In this document: in pieces, positions 48,536 to 63,713 of the stretch | Layout: each line of letters starts with the position of its first letter | Numbering within the stretch: position 1 is the first letter of the stretch | Assembly: GCA_040954595.2 (NCBI GenBank) | Contig: CM082595.2 | Span: forward strand, 10,343,918 to 10,407,917 | Direction of reading: 5' to 3' | Length of the DNA: 64,000 nucleotides | Source of the DNA: Balanoglossus misakiensis | Lineage: Eukaryota; Animalia; Hemichordata | Program-made: the position numbers and the translations under genes | The notes under the pieces: model-generated | Told to the model about the DNA's origin: nothing | What the model saw: the letters and a program-made list of their open reading frames with translations, nothing else | The model's database searches: none

Positions 48536-51177
48536 GACTGCGCAGCTGGAAGTTAAAGTTCAGCATGTTCTGAAGCATGCACGCTGTGTCCAGGGGTTTC
48601 ATGTGTGGAACAGCCAGCCTCTCATCACCAACACAATGCGGACTGGGATATTTTGCCAACAATGGAAGTATAGACTGTACGCCTTGTCCTGCCCCGGGTA
48701 TAAGTGCCAATATGATGGTATGTCGGAGCCAGAGGTGTGTGAAGATGGATACTACACTAATATAGATGGTGAGTCAGCACTTAAAGTTTGGGCATTACTG
48801 TGTAATCTTTCACTTAAAGGCACGTAAGCTGTAACTTTTGGGATAATTTTCATAATTTTTGTTTAAAACTGCACTACCATTAGTCCATGCAGATGAAGGC
48901 AGTGAACTATACACAAGCATTATAAACCCTAAATATGAGTGCATATGCAAGTTTTAACCAGATAAATAATAAAGCTTTGCCGCAAGCGATTATGGCCGCC
49001 ACCCTGGGAAAATGCAAGAAACAATGAAAATGTTGCATTTCCGGTTGGGAAACTTCTTAAACAAAACATGATCTCATCCACTTGAGCTCATGGAAGTAAA
49101 TGTACACCACTGAGACATCAGATTTCCATTGTTCATTGCAATATTGCACTTTTTTTTAAATTGCAGGAATTTTCGTTTTTTCTTTAATTTTTGGCCATTG
49201 TGTCATAAATAAGTGTTGAGCTTGATATATCATCATGAAATATCATTTAATAGACATAATTAAAAGCATATATGAGATTATTTAAAACTTTAATTTTTTT
49301 ATCCAGTTGCAGCTTACGTGCCTTTAAGGCGGACGATCATCTTATGTGCATGTACGTAATTCTGTGCGTACAAACATTACGTCCAGTCCAAATATTCTGC
49401 CAATTTTACATCCAATGCATTCAAATAGTGGACTGCTTCGCTTTCATCCAGTTTTCATGTGCATCGTATAAGTAGACTTTTGTTTTGTCCCGTCTTTTCA
49501 CCAAATTTGCTCTTTTCCAAATCTCCGACACAGACTATGATCGTCACGATCTTGTCTGTTGTTAGAACAGCACACTGCCGTATGGCATTGACTGTACACA
49601 GTTTCTGTTACCAATATCTCTGGATTGGCATTTTCCTGTCCTCAATCTTTTGCCAGGGATTTTTGTCTCCCCAACCCGCGTGAGAATCCCACGTCTTTGA
49701 AGGTATGACTGTGACTATAAGATTCTATAAATCTCTGTTTATTTTCAGCACAAACATCATGTGCTGATTGCCCAGCTGGTAACCAATGTCCAAATGGTAA
49801 CACTGTGATTTTATGCTCGGCTGGTTATTACAGTTCGGCCTTGGACAAAGGATGTCTCGCTGTACCTCTTGCATAACAGGTAAACTTCTACCCACCCACC
49901 TTTATTTCCAACATCAAACATTAGGTCAGGTAATTTACTAACTGAAAAATAGGATGGGATCATTTTCTATTTCTGTATTTAAAATTTACTGATATAATAT
50001 ATGAATGAAAAAATGACAATTTTTCCAAATTTGAATAGACCTCTATTTATGAAAATAATTAAAATTTGCACCAAATTTTTACAGTGGTATTCAAAGGTTA
50101 ACTTGGTGTGTAAATTCTCTGTTTGATTTACAGATCAGCTGGTGCTGAACATTGTACTATTTGTGAGCAAGGGTACGCCTGCATAGATCCCAGTGCATCG
50201 CAATTCAAGTGTACCAAGGGTTACGTGTCATTGGCTGGTGCAACAAACTGTACCAGATGTACAAATGGTAAGATTGTGGTACTTGTTCAGTTTGCTGTGT
50301 GATGAAACTGAGGGGTATGTGTGTATGCATGTATGTGTTTACAACAGATTTTCAAGTCAGTGCGACTGGGGGTATGTGTGTGTGTGTATGTATGTATGTG
50401 TTTACAACAGATTATCAACTCAGTGCGAGATCTTGCGAGACCCGGTTAGCCATGTGAGATCTCGCAGAGTCTTATGATATTCAGAACATGGTTGATTAGA
50501 AATGACGTTTAATGTCCTCCAAAGAATTTTCTACATGCCTGTATACTTGTCTCAGAATTATGAAGTGAATCATCTCAAGTAATTTGTTATTTTAAATGAC
50601 ACTGTATCACAAATACATCACTAAAAACCTCATTTTTTTTAATCAGATGAAATAAGTGAGGAGCCTGCACGCACATCCTGTCTTCTGTGCCCTGCTGGAC
50701 AATCGTGTTCAGATCCAATGTAAGATCCGCTCGACTGTGGCAATGGTGAATATGCTATGGAAGGCGACGGCACATGCACGCCTCGTCCAGTGGGATCCAA
50801 GTGTCCAACCATGTCACCCGTAGTGGATTGTTCAACAGTTACTGGTAAGTTGGGCTGCAAATCACTCTTGTGACTTCCCTGTGTTATAGCATGGCATACA
50901 CAGAAAATTAAACTGTTATGCTTATTGGAGTTGATATTGTGATGCACTTTGAAAAACACAATGATTCCACTGAAGAGGTATTGTACAGTAAAACCTGTGA
51001 TTACGGACATCTCTCTAATAAGGGATCGTTGGACCATACCATGGTGGTAAAAATCGTTCTTTGAATTTTTTCTGTGATAGGTTCATACTCGCTAGGTTCG
51101 GCCACGTCCTTCTGGTTATGAATGCACAACTACAAGTGTCACACAGTGCGCTACAGGGCAGTAAAGTGCTGAAGGAG
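48536..51177 (+). pseudogene. CxxCPAG repeat gene fragment, 5 exons, third complete copy
   Basis: Colinear with 13536-16176; additional C>R change (acgcctcgtcca near 50783). Confidence 0.85.
48818..49323. mobile_element. Kolobok-like MITE (AGGCACGTAAGCTG), copy 3
   Basis: Same TIR and TTAA as 13817-14322. Confidence 0.87.
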
Positions 51178-51288
51178 GTAAGTCTTGAAATCCCTTTTCT
51201 TCTTGTCTCGATTTGAACATGGTTCCACAAGTTGTTTACATCACTTGTAGTTTTACATATTTTTTGAGTTCAACAGCTAGCTATACAT

Positions 51289-51526
51289 GGTGTCCTGAGA
51301 AGTCAACCAGTATGAGAAGTCGGTCTCGGCCAGTACGAGAAGTCGGCCTGTGGGAGAGAACCCTGGTACTTTGTGTTATATATAACTGTTTCACTACGAA
51401 ATGTTTCCTTGATGTACAGGAGCTGAGATATTTGTACAAATAGCCGATGAATTTTAAAACTGTCTGTTCACTTTTCATGTACGTCACCGGGGTACGTCAA
51501 CATCAGTCACCTGCACTTCTTGAGCT
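51289..51526. mobile_element. Left part of the 8-bp-TSD MITE, copy 4 (truncated by deletion)
   Basis: Matches 716-953, then jumps to the equivalent of 2048. Confidence 0.78.
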
Positions 51527-52054
51527 TCAAAATCACTTTCGTGGCGCATAATGTCTTGATTGTCTTGGTTCAAGAAACATTATGCGCGACTGGCCAATTT
51601 TACTGCCTTTTGTCAACACACATCCACTATGGAAATTCTCACTCCAGGCCAGATAGTGTAAATTTACATATGAGTCTACAGGTGTGCTTGAAGTCAAGTC
51701 AAGCATTTGCAAGGAACCCTCCTCCAGTACACAGGTCTTTGATTTCATGAAGGGAAGCCCTTGCCTCACAGTCACTGCCATGTGATCTATGGAGGTGTGA
51801 ACAACTTGATACCAGCCTAATATAAGTTGTAGGCACAATCACTCCACACACCCTTGCCATAATTCTGCAAGGTTTTTGCCATATCTGTACTGTAGAATGA
51901 GTAGCAAGGAATAAAATGGCGTCCTTTCTTAATTTCCAGTGCAAAACCCCTGTGATCCCAACCCATGTATGAATGGTGGATTTTGCCAGCAAACATCGTG
52001 CAATTTCTATTCATGCCAGTGTGTGAACTCTTACACAGGTGACATCTGTCAAAC

Positions 52055-52939
52055 CATAGACCCTAGAGAAAGAAGGGCGAGCAACTGCGGCAAAGATCAA
52101 AGGGTTTGGGGATTATCTGTATGATGATGTTTTTTTGTATATAATTAACACCCAGGACAGTCGGACAATGACTTCCTTACTTCGGCACGTGTCGACCCCA
52201 CCAGTGATACGAAAACTTGCCACCAAACTGGCACTACTGCATTTCAGCAGCCACTGCGTTTTTTTCTAAAATTCTAAAAGTATTACGATGTCTGTGCTAA
52301 TTATTATGGTTTGGTGTTCGTCTGTCGGTTGAACGGTCATTTCTAGTGCCACAAGCTTCATTTAAAAATTGTAAACAAATCATCCATGTTTTTTGCATGT
52401 CCGACTGGGCACTCATATTTCTTAGTAACGCTGACACTTTTCGTAATAATTTTATGTTTGCGTGAAGCATTGAAATAAAAATTGTGGTTTAGGGGCATTT
52501 TATTTCGCAGTGCGTGAACAATAAAACAGATTTCACGAAAACAATTTGTAAACAAACTGGGTGGATTATCATGTGTGCGCTATGGCCGCCAGGCAACCCT
52601 CGGTACGGTTAGCTCACAGCCTTGTGAAATACCCGGACTGTTAGACAAAAGATGCTTGTTTTGGACGCTGTCAGACTCAGATTCAAATTCCTGTTTAACT
52701 TGTCCAGATGTGTTCCATAAATAATCGCTGCGTTCAACCACGTTGCAGTTTTCTCGTCTTCTGCGAGATGTTCTGAGGTGTTGTGATAACTTCACACAAA
52801 ACACGAGACTTTGCGTTAGTTTATACACAGTTTATTTGCAAATTGGATTATTGGGATTTATCTGGAAATAATGTATGCAAAATAACATCATTTCAAGAAA
52901 AAAATGGAGTTGCGCGTCCTTCTTTCTCTAGGGTCCATG
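52055..52939. mobile_element. P-like MITE, copy 4
   Basis: Same TIR and TSD as 2576-3460. Confidence 0.85.
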
Positions 52940-55900
52940 GTCAAACAAGTGAGTATATACTTTCAAGACACCCTGCAAACAAACAAGCCATCTTCATTCC
53001 GTAGATCTTTTAAGCTTATTTATACATTGTAAATTTTGATGTGAAACTTTATTGGTCTTGTTGCCAAACTTCTGAAGAAATGAGGATATTGTTTTGAAGG
53101 GTATTTTATCAGTAGGTAACAAATACCATGGCCCTCCATGCAAATACCCACATGGTAAATTAAAACTGTTACAGATGTATTTGATTTCCACATATTGATT
53201 ACATGTGGGATAATATTGGGTGCTGGCAGTTTCAGTAAATGAACTGCTCTTAAAAGTTGGGCGTCAGGGCACCCTTGATTTTGCCTGTTCCAAGCTAGAA
53301 TAGTCTGTCCATATGAATATTTGTTCAGCAAGTTACAAGCAATCTTTTAAGTTTGGAATGAAAAAATAGTGAAATGACTTGTGATGTTAATATGCAATTG
53401 TTGGTTGATTTACATGCAACCCCCAGGACTCGATCAATGTTCTCCCAATCCGTGCATGAACAACGGTATCTGTGAGCCAATCAGTGGATCGTGCAGTGCG
53501 TTTACCTGTCGCTGTCAAGGCTGTATCATTGGAATCACCTGTGACCAAGGTAAATTTATCAGACGAGGAACTGTTTTTCCCCCCTCATACCGGTATATTT
53601 GTCATAGCTGGCAGCTATGAAATTACCTGTATATTTAGGATGTGACAAACCAAATAGGCACTTTCAGGAATTGAGTCTTTTTTGCAATTACTAAGTCCTA
53701 AACTCCCAAAAGTATAATAAGTAATTCTTATTGTTCAGTTATACATTAAGGAGGCTTAGTTATAGGAGAACCCGATAGAACCACAGCTGTAGGAATTAAG
53801 GAAATGGTCATACCCTAAAAACTTATGTCACTACTATTTATTTATTTTCATTCCATTGAAACAGAACAAACTCCATGTAGGCCAAGTCCATGCCTGAACA
53901 ATGGGCAGTGTACTCGGCTGTCGTGTACAACTTATGAGTGTACTTGTCCAGGATGTTTCACCGGCACACACTGCAGCCAGTGTAAAACTCATTAAAACAA
54001 ACATTTTGTCATGCAGGAACTAACATTTACAATCATGTCTCAATACATTGTCTGTTGGTCATACTTTATATTTTCATCTTCAGCATCACACCTTGGGCCT
54101 TGGGAATCGTTCACCTCAAAAATGATGTACAACTGAAAGAAAACATGTTTATTTGAAGAAAAAAATGTTGATCGTTCATGAAAATTTTCCCTACACAAGA
54201 TACATATACAGAGATTTTCATAGCCCCACAAGTGCGTCCCAGAATGAGCAAGTTGTTTTTGGAAGTGAAGTTCCGTTCAGTATTTACAGTAATGGTAATG
54301 ATGATGTTTTTATCAAACAGATTTTGAAAGTAAATATTGCTGAGATAACATTAGGTTGCACTTTTTATTGCAGTCCAAGATCCATGCCAGCGAAACAGCT
54401 GTCTCAACGGGGCTGTATGTAATGCAGTGGCCAACTCCTGCACGGCATATACCTGTGCCTGTACTGGTTGCTATGAGGGTAACCGTTGTGAAATATGTAA
54501 GTTTCTGACGTACCGTAAATGACAATCTTTTGGGCACTTTCTCTTCATGGCAATTGAATTGTGTGGTAACTTCTCATTTCTAAAATTTCCACAAGAGAAA
54601 AGAAAACAGAAATTTCATTTGTATGTCCGTGCAATTTAGGATAGGCACGAACTTGTGAGGAAGTGTACGAAGCTGGATGTTTTCATCACTCAAATATACA
54701 AGAGTTGCCTCTTGAAGACTAGTGTCTGTAGAGATAATTGTGCATATGAGGTAATCTCTCCTAAGGTGGTGCACACATCTGAGTATTAAGTAAAAGAGAC
54801 GTCCTTAATTATCCTTACTATTTGGCTTGAAAAATCAATCTTACTAGGTGTTCTGATTAGAGAGGTGTCCATAAAGACAGGTTTTACTGTATTACCCAAA
54901 ATAGAGACATTGTCCCTTCATCATATACTTAATGCGTGTTCTGGGTATGGTTCCAGTATAATGCTTGTGTCAAAGGATTTTGTTGTGGTGCAGGAATCAT
55001 CTTTGGTTGAGGTGTAGCCATCTGCATTTCATGTTTCTTAAACTATTTTTTTTCTGATAGTCATTAACCCATGTGATCAGAATCCGTGTCAAAATGGAGG
55101 CTATTGTTCCCAAACACCAAATTCTTATACTGACTACACCTGTTACTGCCAGTAGTGTTGGACTGGGGCCATCTGTGCCGTAGGTGTGTCGAATTACTGT
55201 TTTATGACACAGCGTGGTATATAAACCCTCATTTTTGGTATTCTCAATGTGATAGATGGACCCATACACCAATAAATGGGGTGGAAGCATTACTAAGTTT
55301 CATCCTTTCAAAATTTGCTGATGTAGGGTCAAAATTGAGTGTGAGGTGCACGTTAAAAAGGAAAGCCTTCTGTATCATGTTGACGGCACATTTTTTAATT
55401 TTTCAAGATTCTTACAGAAAAATCCTAGCAATAGCATCATTATGTTATTTTAAATGTACAGGTTTGAAACAAGGAATGAAGACATTGCTCACATATTTAA
55501 ACGAAATGAACATCACAAGTACATGTACAAGTTTTTGACAAGCAGGTAATTGATACTTTCATTTTTGTTTTGGCAGCCATTGATCAGTTATACTCTATGC
55601 CTTGTCAAAATGGTGGCACATGCGTTGCGCGAGACGGCTGTTTCCTGTTTGACTGTATGTGTACCGAATGCTTCACTGGTGCCACATGTACAATGCGTAA
55701 GTACAAACCAATATTATTTTATTCAATGCAAAACACTTGTTATGTATTATATAATATAAGTACGGTACACATATTAAAGCCCTGGTAACTCAAACTTTGG
55801 GCTAGCTTAATGTTATCACTATTTTTGTTTTCGGTTGCAACTGTGGTTTCTTGTCACACTCTAAAGGATTTCACAGCATTTGGTTTTTCAAAACAGCCCT

Positions 55901-57198
55901 TTGGTTGTTGTCATGTATACATGTACATGACTGTGGAGTGTAGTTTGTAGATTCTGTAATTTTGACAATATCTTGACTGCACATCCCACAGCTGTCAACC
56001 AGTGTCAACCCATCCAGTGTCAGAATGGTGGAAACTGTGTGCTGACGCCCAATTGGTGTACTGAATTCACATGCTCCTGTACAAGCTGTTACTCCGGCGA
56101 TTTATGTCAGACATGTGAGTGATTTTAAATTTCAGATGAAGAGGAACATAATAACATAACACATAATCGGCTTGCAGTTGGTTTCTTCCAACCTGTATCA
56201 AACAGTGAATAACGACACAATTTTGGGGAAATTTATTAAGAATGTGTGTGCCATAAAAGGGGATTGTGTATTTGACCAAACAACAACCTGCACCGTATGG
56301 TACACTAAGACACTATTACACCTGTGTCAAAATTTCATTACGTTTCTTTTGTTGAACATGGAAGAAATTTGTCACAGTGATGTTCTGTTGACCAACTGAG
56401 ATTTTTACCACTCAACCCTGACTGCACAAATCTGTTTAAAGTATATGTAGTAAATATTAACTGTACACAATTTATATCACTTTCTCTTCTGTGCACAGAT
56501 TTGAATCCGTGTCAGCCCAACCCTTGTCTAAACAGTGGATTCTGCCAGCAAGTGTCCTGCACCGAGTTCAGATGCCAGAGTTCGCGCTGTTTCATCGGAA
56601 CCACGTGCGCTGAACGTAAGCAAACCAGTGTCAGATTTGCCGCACAAAGTAGAAATCGCTGGGCTTTGTCATTGATATTGTCTCAATAAAGTTGCCTGTG
56701 ATTGTGCAGCTAACCAAGAGACTTATATGCACTACCGTAGCCATGATGTATACTTTCATTGACTCAAATGCTCATCAGAGTAGATGTTGCTATTTTTCCA
56801 ACCGTAAATTGAAACATCAGAAAGTTATGACATCAACTACCCCCACCCCCACCCCACCCCACCCCCAACTAGTAAATATTATAAGATGCTGTAATTATGA
56901 TAAAGATGGTAGCACCAAGCTTGGATCAAGTGGTCTTCATTATCCTTCACACATGAACATGATCACACGGATGTGCAATCTTCTGACAGTCTGCTACAGA
57001 TTTCACTTCCCACTCAAGTGTGTAAGACCCTAATGTGATACTTTTCATTTCTCTCACCCTTAGCGATCAACCAGTGTCTTCTAAACCCATGTCTGAATAA
57101 CGGAGTGTATCAGCCACTTCAAGGCTCCTGCTCAATCTACACCTGCAACTGTCCCACCTGCTACACTGGGCAAACATGTGTTACATGTAAGTCGCAAG

Positions 57199-58220
57199 TT
57201 TTTAGGTCCCATTTGTATGTACCATGGGACCTTATGGGATTGGTTACGTCTGTATGTATGGATGGATGGATGGATGGATGTATGTCTGTATGTCCGTCCA
57301 CATCGAAAACTTGAAAACCGCAGCGCGTATGACCTCGATATTTGGCGTGTAGATGCAGGCAGGGCTGTAGATGGGAGTTTGTTCAAATGAAGATGTCATT
57401 GCCAAAAATATGCAAATTAGCTGGGAAAATGTGAAATTGGTCAAAACTTAAAAACTGGACAACCACTGGTCATATTGATTTGAAAATTGGTATGCATGTA
57501 CCTTATATCAACCTCATACAATCCTGTATGTTTTGAGCTAATATTATCGATTTCCTATTTTTTTTGCATTTTTTTGTATTTTTCCATGTTATTGGTAAAA
57601 AGTCTTTGAAATTTAGTATGAAGCCTCCTAATGTTGTCTAAGTAACCATAGTTTTGTTCAAATTGTTGCAAAATTTGCATATCTATAATTTTGAGCAATA
57701 TTTGCCATTTTTGGTCAAAAAATGTTTTTCTTTAAAACCTCATGCCAGATTGCTTTCCAATTTGGTAGGCATGTACGTAGGGGTAACCTAAATAATATGT
57801 TGTAAAAAAAAAGATATTTGCATAAATGTGTTATCGGGGAAACTTTTGCAATTTTTGTCAAAAATTGTTTTCTCTGAAACCGCTTGTCCTATTGCATTGA
57901 ACTTAGGCAGCATGTTCCTTGTAGTGATTGACGTAAGATATTGTACAATTTTGGTGATATTTGCATATTTGTGTTTTTGCCACTTTTGAACAAATATTTT
58001 CTGTGAAACTGCTTGTTGGATTGCTTTGAAATTAGTTTTTTCTCTGATTGCTTTGAAATTTAGGATATAATTTCATAACACATACCTGTATATGTGCAAC
58101 TTTTATTCAGTTCTGAGATCAGAAAGATTAAATATTTAGCGAGTTTTTTTGGTAAGTTTCTTAGTTTTTGGTTAGCAAATCTTCTCCTAAACAAATTGTC
58201 CAGTTGTTTTTAAAGTTACT
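57199..58220 (+). mobile_element. Truncated HINE-like element, copy 4 (right boundary approximate)
   Basis: Same as 7720-8740. Confidence 0.62.
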
Positions 58221-59723
58221 ATTTACAAGGAGTTGTTACCTCGAACAAAGACATGTTTACATAACTTAAATAGGCCAGCTGTTACAGAGACCACCAGCTA
58301 TCAAATTTTAATTACCAGTGGCAGGTCAGTGTGTGTCTGTTCCAGGGCTGACTGAAAGAAGTTGCTTCGCATATGTGTTTGTACAGACAATTTTTGGTCA
58401 TTTTTTTTTCTAGCACCACTTGTAAGACTGCCATGACACATGACAGTTTATTGGGCATGTTCCTTGTTAATGTTTTTACATTCCATATTTCTATATGGTC
58501 AGATCATATCTGCTTGCAAATGTCACCTGTAATTTTTATTCTGGTGTGTCACTGTTTCCGCATAATCCTCAAATGTCATCAGATCTCCGAATGTGATGAA
58601 AACAGTGTGTTTTGAGTGTTTTTTAAATGACCTTTTGGGTTAAAAGTGGCAAAAATGGCAATTTTGTCTTGAAAGGGGTCAATAAGACTGACTTTTTTGG
58701 AATCAGCACCATTTTTTACATTGAATGGACTAGTCTGCTCAAACTTTCCTTACCAACAATTCTGTTTAATCTTCTGTAACATGTATACTAGTATACATGT
58801 AGCTGCCTGATAGTTTGCCCTGCGTGTGTAATTGCTGAGTGACATAACGCATTCTGTGATTGGTGCAGTCACGTAACCACCAATAAGATCGCTTGTTATA
58901 AGGAGAACTGCACGACCTTTAACCGCATTAGCATACCTGATTTTTAGGGCTCGATATTACCTCTGAGGACGCAATATTTAAGTTGAAGTTTTTTTTCTTT
59001 TATCATATTAGAGCAAGAAGACTTGTTTTTATGTAAAAGAAATAAACCTTAATATACAGAGTGCATTTTGAAACGATAGGCAGGTCCGGCCCATAGCCTA
59101 ATTCTTCATTTTTCTGTCATGCGTAGGAATTGATCAGTGCTAACAACCCATGTCAAAATGGCAGCACTTGCCAACCCTAACCTCGTGTGGGGCATTGACG
59201 TGCACCTGCCAAGGATGCTATACTGGGAGCGCTGTGAAAATTGTCAGTCAGTTTCTTTTGTCAAATTAATCAATATGTGTGGGACTGCTATACATGTATA
59301 TAAAACAGAATACTGCGATGGAAAATTCTATAACTTAATGTTTCACTGGATATATGACTTAAAGTTAGCAGGATGCAGTGAATTCAACAGAAAGTGTAAT
59401 TTCCTCTTGTGTGAGCTCTGTGCGACTGTGCCAATGAAAATCTCACCACAAACAAAAATGACAGGTATACACTGTATATTAGCAGCTTTGTCTCTGTAAT
59501 AGCCATAGTGTTTTGAAGTTGAAAACTTGCAAAGTGTGCAGTTTTATTCACACTACAAAGGAAACATTGTTGAAACGGATTATCTGTGTACATTGTCAAA
59601 CTGTACACTTGTCGCGAGATTTATTCTCAATTATATTATATCATGCTACCGTCCGCAATTCTGATTGGACGAGAGCTAAATCCAGCGATGCTAAAATACT
59701 CAATAATGCACTGCTGACAGTGG

Positions 59724-60929
59724 TAAAACGGGCTTTCTGTTTGCCACATGGGTTTGTTCTTTAGGTTGTTGTATGTGTTTACACTCATCATGTTTATTGT
59801 AGAACCAGGGTCGATCAGTGAGGCAACTGCTGTTTGTTCTATCTGCACTGTTACTTGAGGCCTCCTGCCATTTGATTGTTGTACAGTGAAGCAGTATTCA
59901 TCTCCCGAGCTGTCTTCCACTTTATGCACAGCTTTGACAGTTTCATCCTTGTCTACCCTATTTGCCTTGCCTTTTGATCGGTAGCATTTGGCAAAATAGT
60001 TAGGTTTGCCACACTTCCTGCATGACTTGCCTTTAGCTGGACATACTGAGTCATGTGGATAGGTGCCACCACAATAATAACAAGTGGACGGTCCTTTCGC
60101 TGGCTGCTGATGAGCTCTCTTTTGTTTATTTGGTTTCGGGCGTTGGTGGCGCTGTTTTCTGACCGCATTCACAGATGCCGTATCTGCACCATAATTTTGG
60201 GTTTTCTCCTCAATCCCACTAGCCTGAACCTCTGATACCTCAAATGAACAGGCTGTACTCAGTAGATTCTCTAGTGTCGTCTCCTCCCGAAGAGCACGAC
60301 GTCTGAGACGGGCTGATGTGAATCCTCGTATGATTTGTGATTTGACCTCTTGATCCTTATTGGTGAAGTCACATATGTTTCTGCTAGGCGTTGCAAACAA
60401 GTGTGATAGGCATCAATCGATTCGCCGTTGTTTTGTATGGTGTCTCTGAAGATAAATCGTTCGTATTCAATGTTCCGTTTGGGTGAGAAGTATGACGAAA
60501 GCTTTAATTTGGCTGTTTCACAGCTAGTTCCTGTATCTGGTAGAGTATCAAAGAAGTCGGAAACTTCCTCACCTGCCCAGTGCAATAGCAGTGCACGTTG
60601 TCGCTTGTCAACTGTAATGTTGAATGCGACAAATGCGTTTTCTACTCTAGCCATGTACTTTTTCCATCTCGTACTGGTGGTTGTCGGGTCTGAATGAACA
60701 GGAAAACTCGGCATTGACGGCTAGCTGATTCTCCATGTTCTCCGTCCTCGTCGCCAAATATAGAATCGTTGGTGGGCAATAATGACAACACGAGACACCA
60801 AGTCCGGCATGTAAGAGTGAGAGTGCCTAGCCTCGTTCACGCACTTTATTCATAATGACCCGAATGTTGCATTACGTCATTTTACAGAATATATAAAGTA
60901 TAGATGCTCACTAGTGTTTGGACACTAGA
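59724..60929 (-). mobile_element. Ty3/Gypsy LTR-PBS-gag-protease fragment, copy 4
   Basis: ORFs 60271-60714 and 59636-60400. Confidence 0.88.
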
Positions 60930-61447
60930 ATATACATGTGACTGCAGTGTCTTTCCAATCATGAATTTGCAAGGTGTCCTTCGGAGAAAATCTTCTGATT
61001 CTCTTTTCTGATTTGCTTTGCATATTTAACTTAATGATCTCATTTGTTGGAATTCCCTGTCTCAAATTTTTGATGATCAGTCTCCTCCCCATTGCTCATC
61101 GTCCCAACTTTCTGATGATATATGGATGATAGATGGGATCAAATCTTTGGTCGTGTATTTGCTACAAATGGTAGGTATTGGTTCGTGATTGAGTCTTTGT
61201 GTTGTATATTTGGGGTCGCAGTGGTATGAGTTTGGATTTATGCCAATCTTTAAGTTAAGTGTTATTTGGGTTGCCGTTGAGCATTGATGGCTTGATAAGT
61301 GGGGCTAGGGTCAATTTTGATTGGGTTTGGATTGTTTGGGCTAAGATAGGTTGGGTGATGGCTAGGATTTGTGGTGGGTATAAGGTGTGGTGTAAGAGAT
61401 GGAGGCATTATGGGGTCTGGTGAGGTTTTTGTGAAGGAGGCCATGGT

Positions 61448-63713
61448 GGCTGCAGAATTCAGAGCATGCTGTAGCGGTTGAATGCATGATGATGGTAAAC
61501 CACAGAGTATTGCATTGCAGTAGTCCAGTTTTGATGTGATTAGAGCATGAACCAGCATCTGGCAAACTTCCTTAGTGAGGTAACGGCGAATGTGGCTGAT
61601 TTGACGCAGATGGAAGAAAATTGACTTGCAAATTGCATTAATGTGCTTATTGAAAGTGTAATTGTCGTCGAATGTCACACCTATATTCCGTGCAGAATTC
61701 ACAATTTGAACACAACATGATCCAATGCTCATGTGGTTTATGGGACGAGGCGAGCGGTTGAACTGAGACCTTATCAGGAGTACCTCGGGTTTGCCACCAT
61801 TTAGTTGAAGTTTATTATGTGTCATCCAGGTTTTTATTTCGTGAACTGCCCTTTCCATCTTGTCTAATGTACTTATGGTGTCTAACTGGAAGAAATATTG
61901 GTATAGTTGGTTGTCATCGGCATATTGGTGAAAATTGATGTTGTGGTGACAAATAAGTTGAGCAAGTGGTTGGATGTAGCTGCAGAACAAAAGTGGGCCA
62001 AGCACTGAACCGTGTGGTACTCCATATTGTAGATATTGAGGTTCTGACATTGTGCCATACAAACTGCTGTCTGTTCTTAAGATATGATGAGAACCATTGT
62101 AGTGCGATGTTGGTGATGCCCAGTTTTGATAACCTTGAGATGATTGTGTCGTGATCTATGGTATCAAACACAGAGGAGAGATCGAGGAGAACCATGAGTA
62201 CACATTTACCGGCATCCAGTGCCATACAAATATCGTTGTTGACTTTAGTAAGTGCTGTTTCGGTACTGTGATCCTTTCGGTACGCTGACTGCAGTGGTTC
62301 TTGTAGTGAGTTGGTAGTCAAATATGATGTCAGTTGTTGTGCTACAATCTTCCCGATTACTTTTGACAGGAAGGTTAGGTTTGAAACTGGTCGATAGTTC
62401 TTGAAAATGTTTTTGTCGAGCGAAGGTTTCTTGAGTATATTGGTGTGATGACTGCTATTTTAAGTTGATCAGGAACAGTTCCAGTTTTGAGTGACAAATT
62501 GATAATTGTGGCCATGATAGTGAGCAGATTACCAAGACATTGCTTATCAAGTGCTGTAGGGATGAGATCAAGTACACGTGTTTTAGATGGAGACTGACGG
62601 GTTGGTTATAAGCTGATATGGCTGAGGAGAGGTCATTTGGAGGCTAGGACATTTGATGTATTTTGTCGAGATCATGGCTGAAACTATCAATTGAAATGGC
62701 AGATATGACGATAAGATATTTGACGTCTACTGTGTGTTGGTTTCGGAAGAGCAAGTTTTGCATTGACAGGATTGTGATCAGAGAGTTCCAAGCAGTCTAC
62801 AGAGACACTCTTGATGTTAGACGCAGAGTTAGATAAGATGAGATCAAGAGTATGACCCTTTCTGTGTGTTGGTTGTTGGACCCATTGTTTCAGATTACAG
62901 GCGCTGATGATTCCATTGAATTTCTGTGTTACTGGATTCTTATCATCTTCTAGGTGAATATTGAAATCTCCTACGATGAAGAGATTACTTGAGCAGGTGA
63001 CATACTTCTCAAGTGTTGTACTGAACTCTTCCATGAACTGTGGTGCGGTGAATTTATTATTAACTGATGGTGGTGGACGGTAGACAAGAATTATTTTCAT
63101 GGAAAGTTTCTGGTGAAGAATAGTTGCTTCCGCTGCCTCAAAAGATTTAACAGAGAGAATAGGCTTCCAAGCTGTTTATTTTAGTGCTAGCTTATGAATT
63201 TAAGCTAAGCCTCCACCGATCTTGCCAACCCCAGGTAGATGTTTGACAGCATAGCCTGGTGGTGTACATTCAGCCATTACGTGTTCGTCACCAGATTCCT
63301 TCAACCATGTTTCAGTGAGTACAAGAATATCAATTTCTTTATCTGTGATGTAGTCTGCAATGTCTAATGATTTGCATCTAGCTGAGCGGACATTCCATGT
63401 AGAGAGTAGAAGTTCACACGTATTGTGGAAAGGGTGGATCTTGAATACTGCATAGTCACTCTTCAATAGATATTTAGTGACTCGCTAACTGTTGCGATTC
63501 GTGTGTGTGTAATTTACGTACTTCAAGTTAAATATCGCAACTAGCCGTAATGTTTGACTAGGGGGAGCACCTATACTAATGCGAGTACCAGGGATTGAAA
63601 GTTGCACCTGTATTTTGATCCCTTAGTTACCCTTATAAGTACATTTGTAGTTTAATAACCATAGTTCTATTGCAAACCATTCTTTCCGTAGTTTCTTGTT
63701 TCAAATATTGTAA
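61448..63713 (-). mobile_element. L2/CR1-group LINE ORF2 remnant, copy 4
   Basis: ORFs 61262-62062, 61914-62321, 62687-63100, 63200-63466. Confidence 0.92.

Larger units (their letters stand above)
33769..50573 (+). repeat. Tandem unit copy 3 (16,805 bp; private 151-bp deletion)
   Basis: Colinear with the other copies; ORF offset 33768. Confidence 0.97.
51940..59242 (+). pseudogene. EGF-like exon array, copy 4 (exons 3-12 only)
   Basis: Colinear with 2461-9763 at offset 49479; exons 1-2 deleted. Confidence 0.9.
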
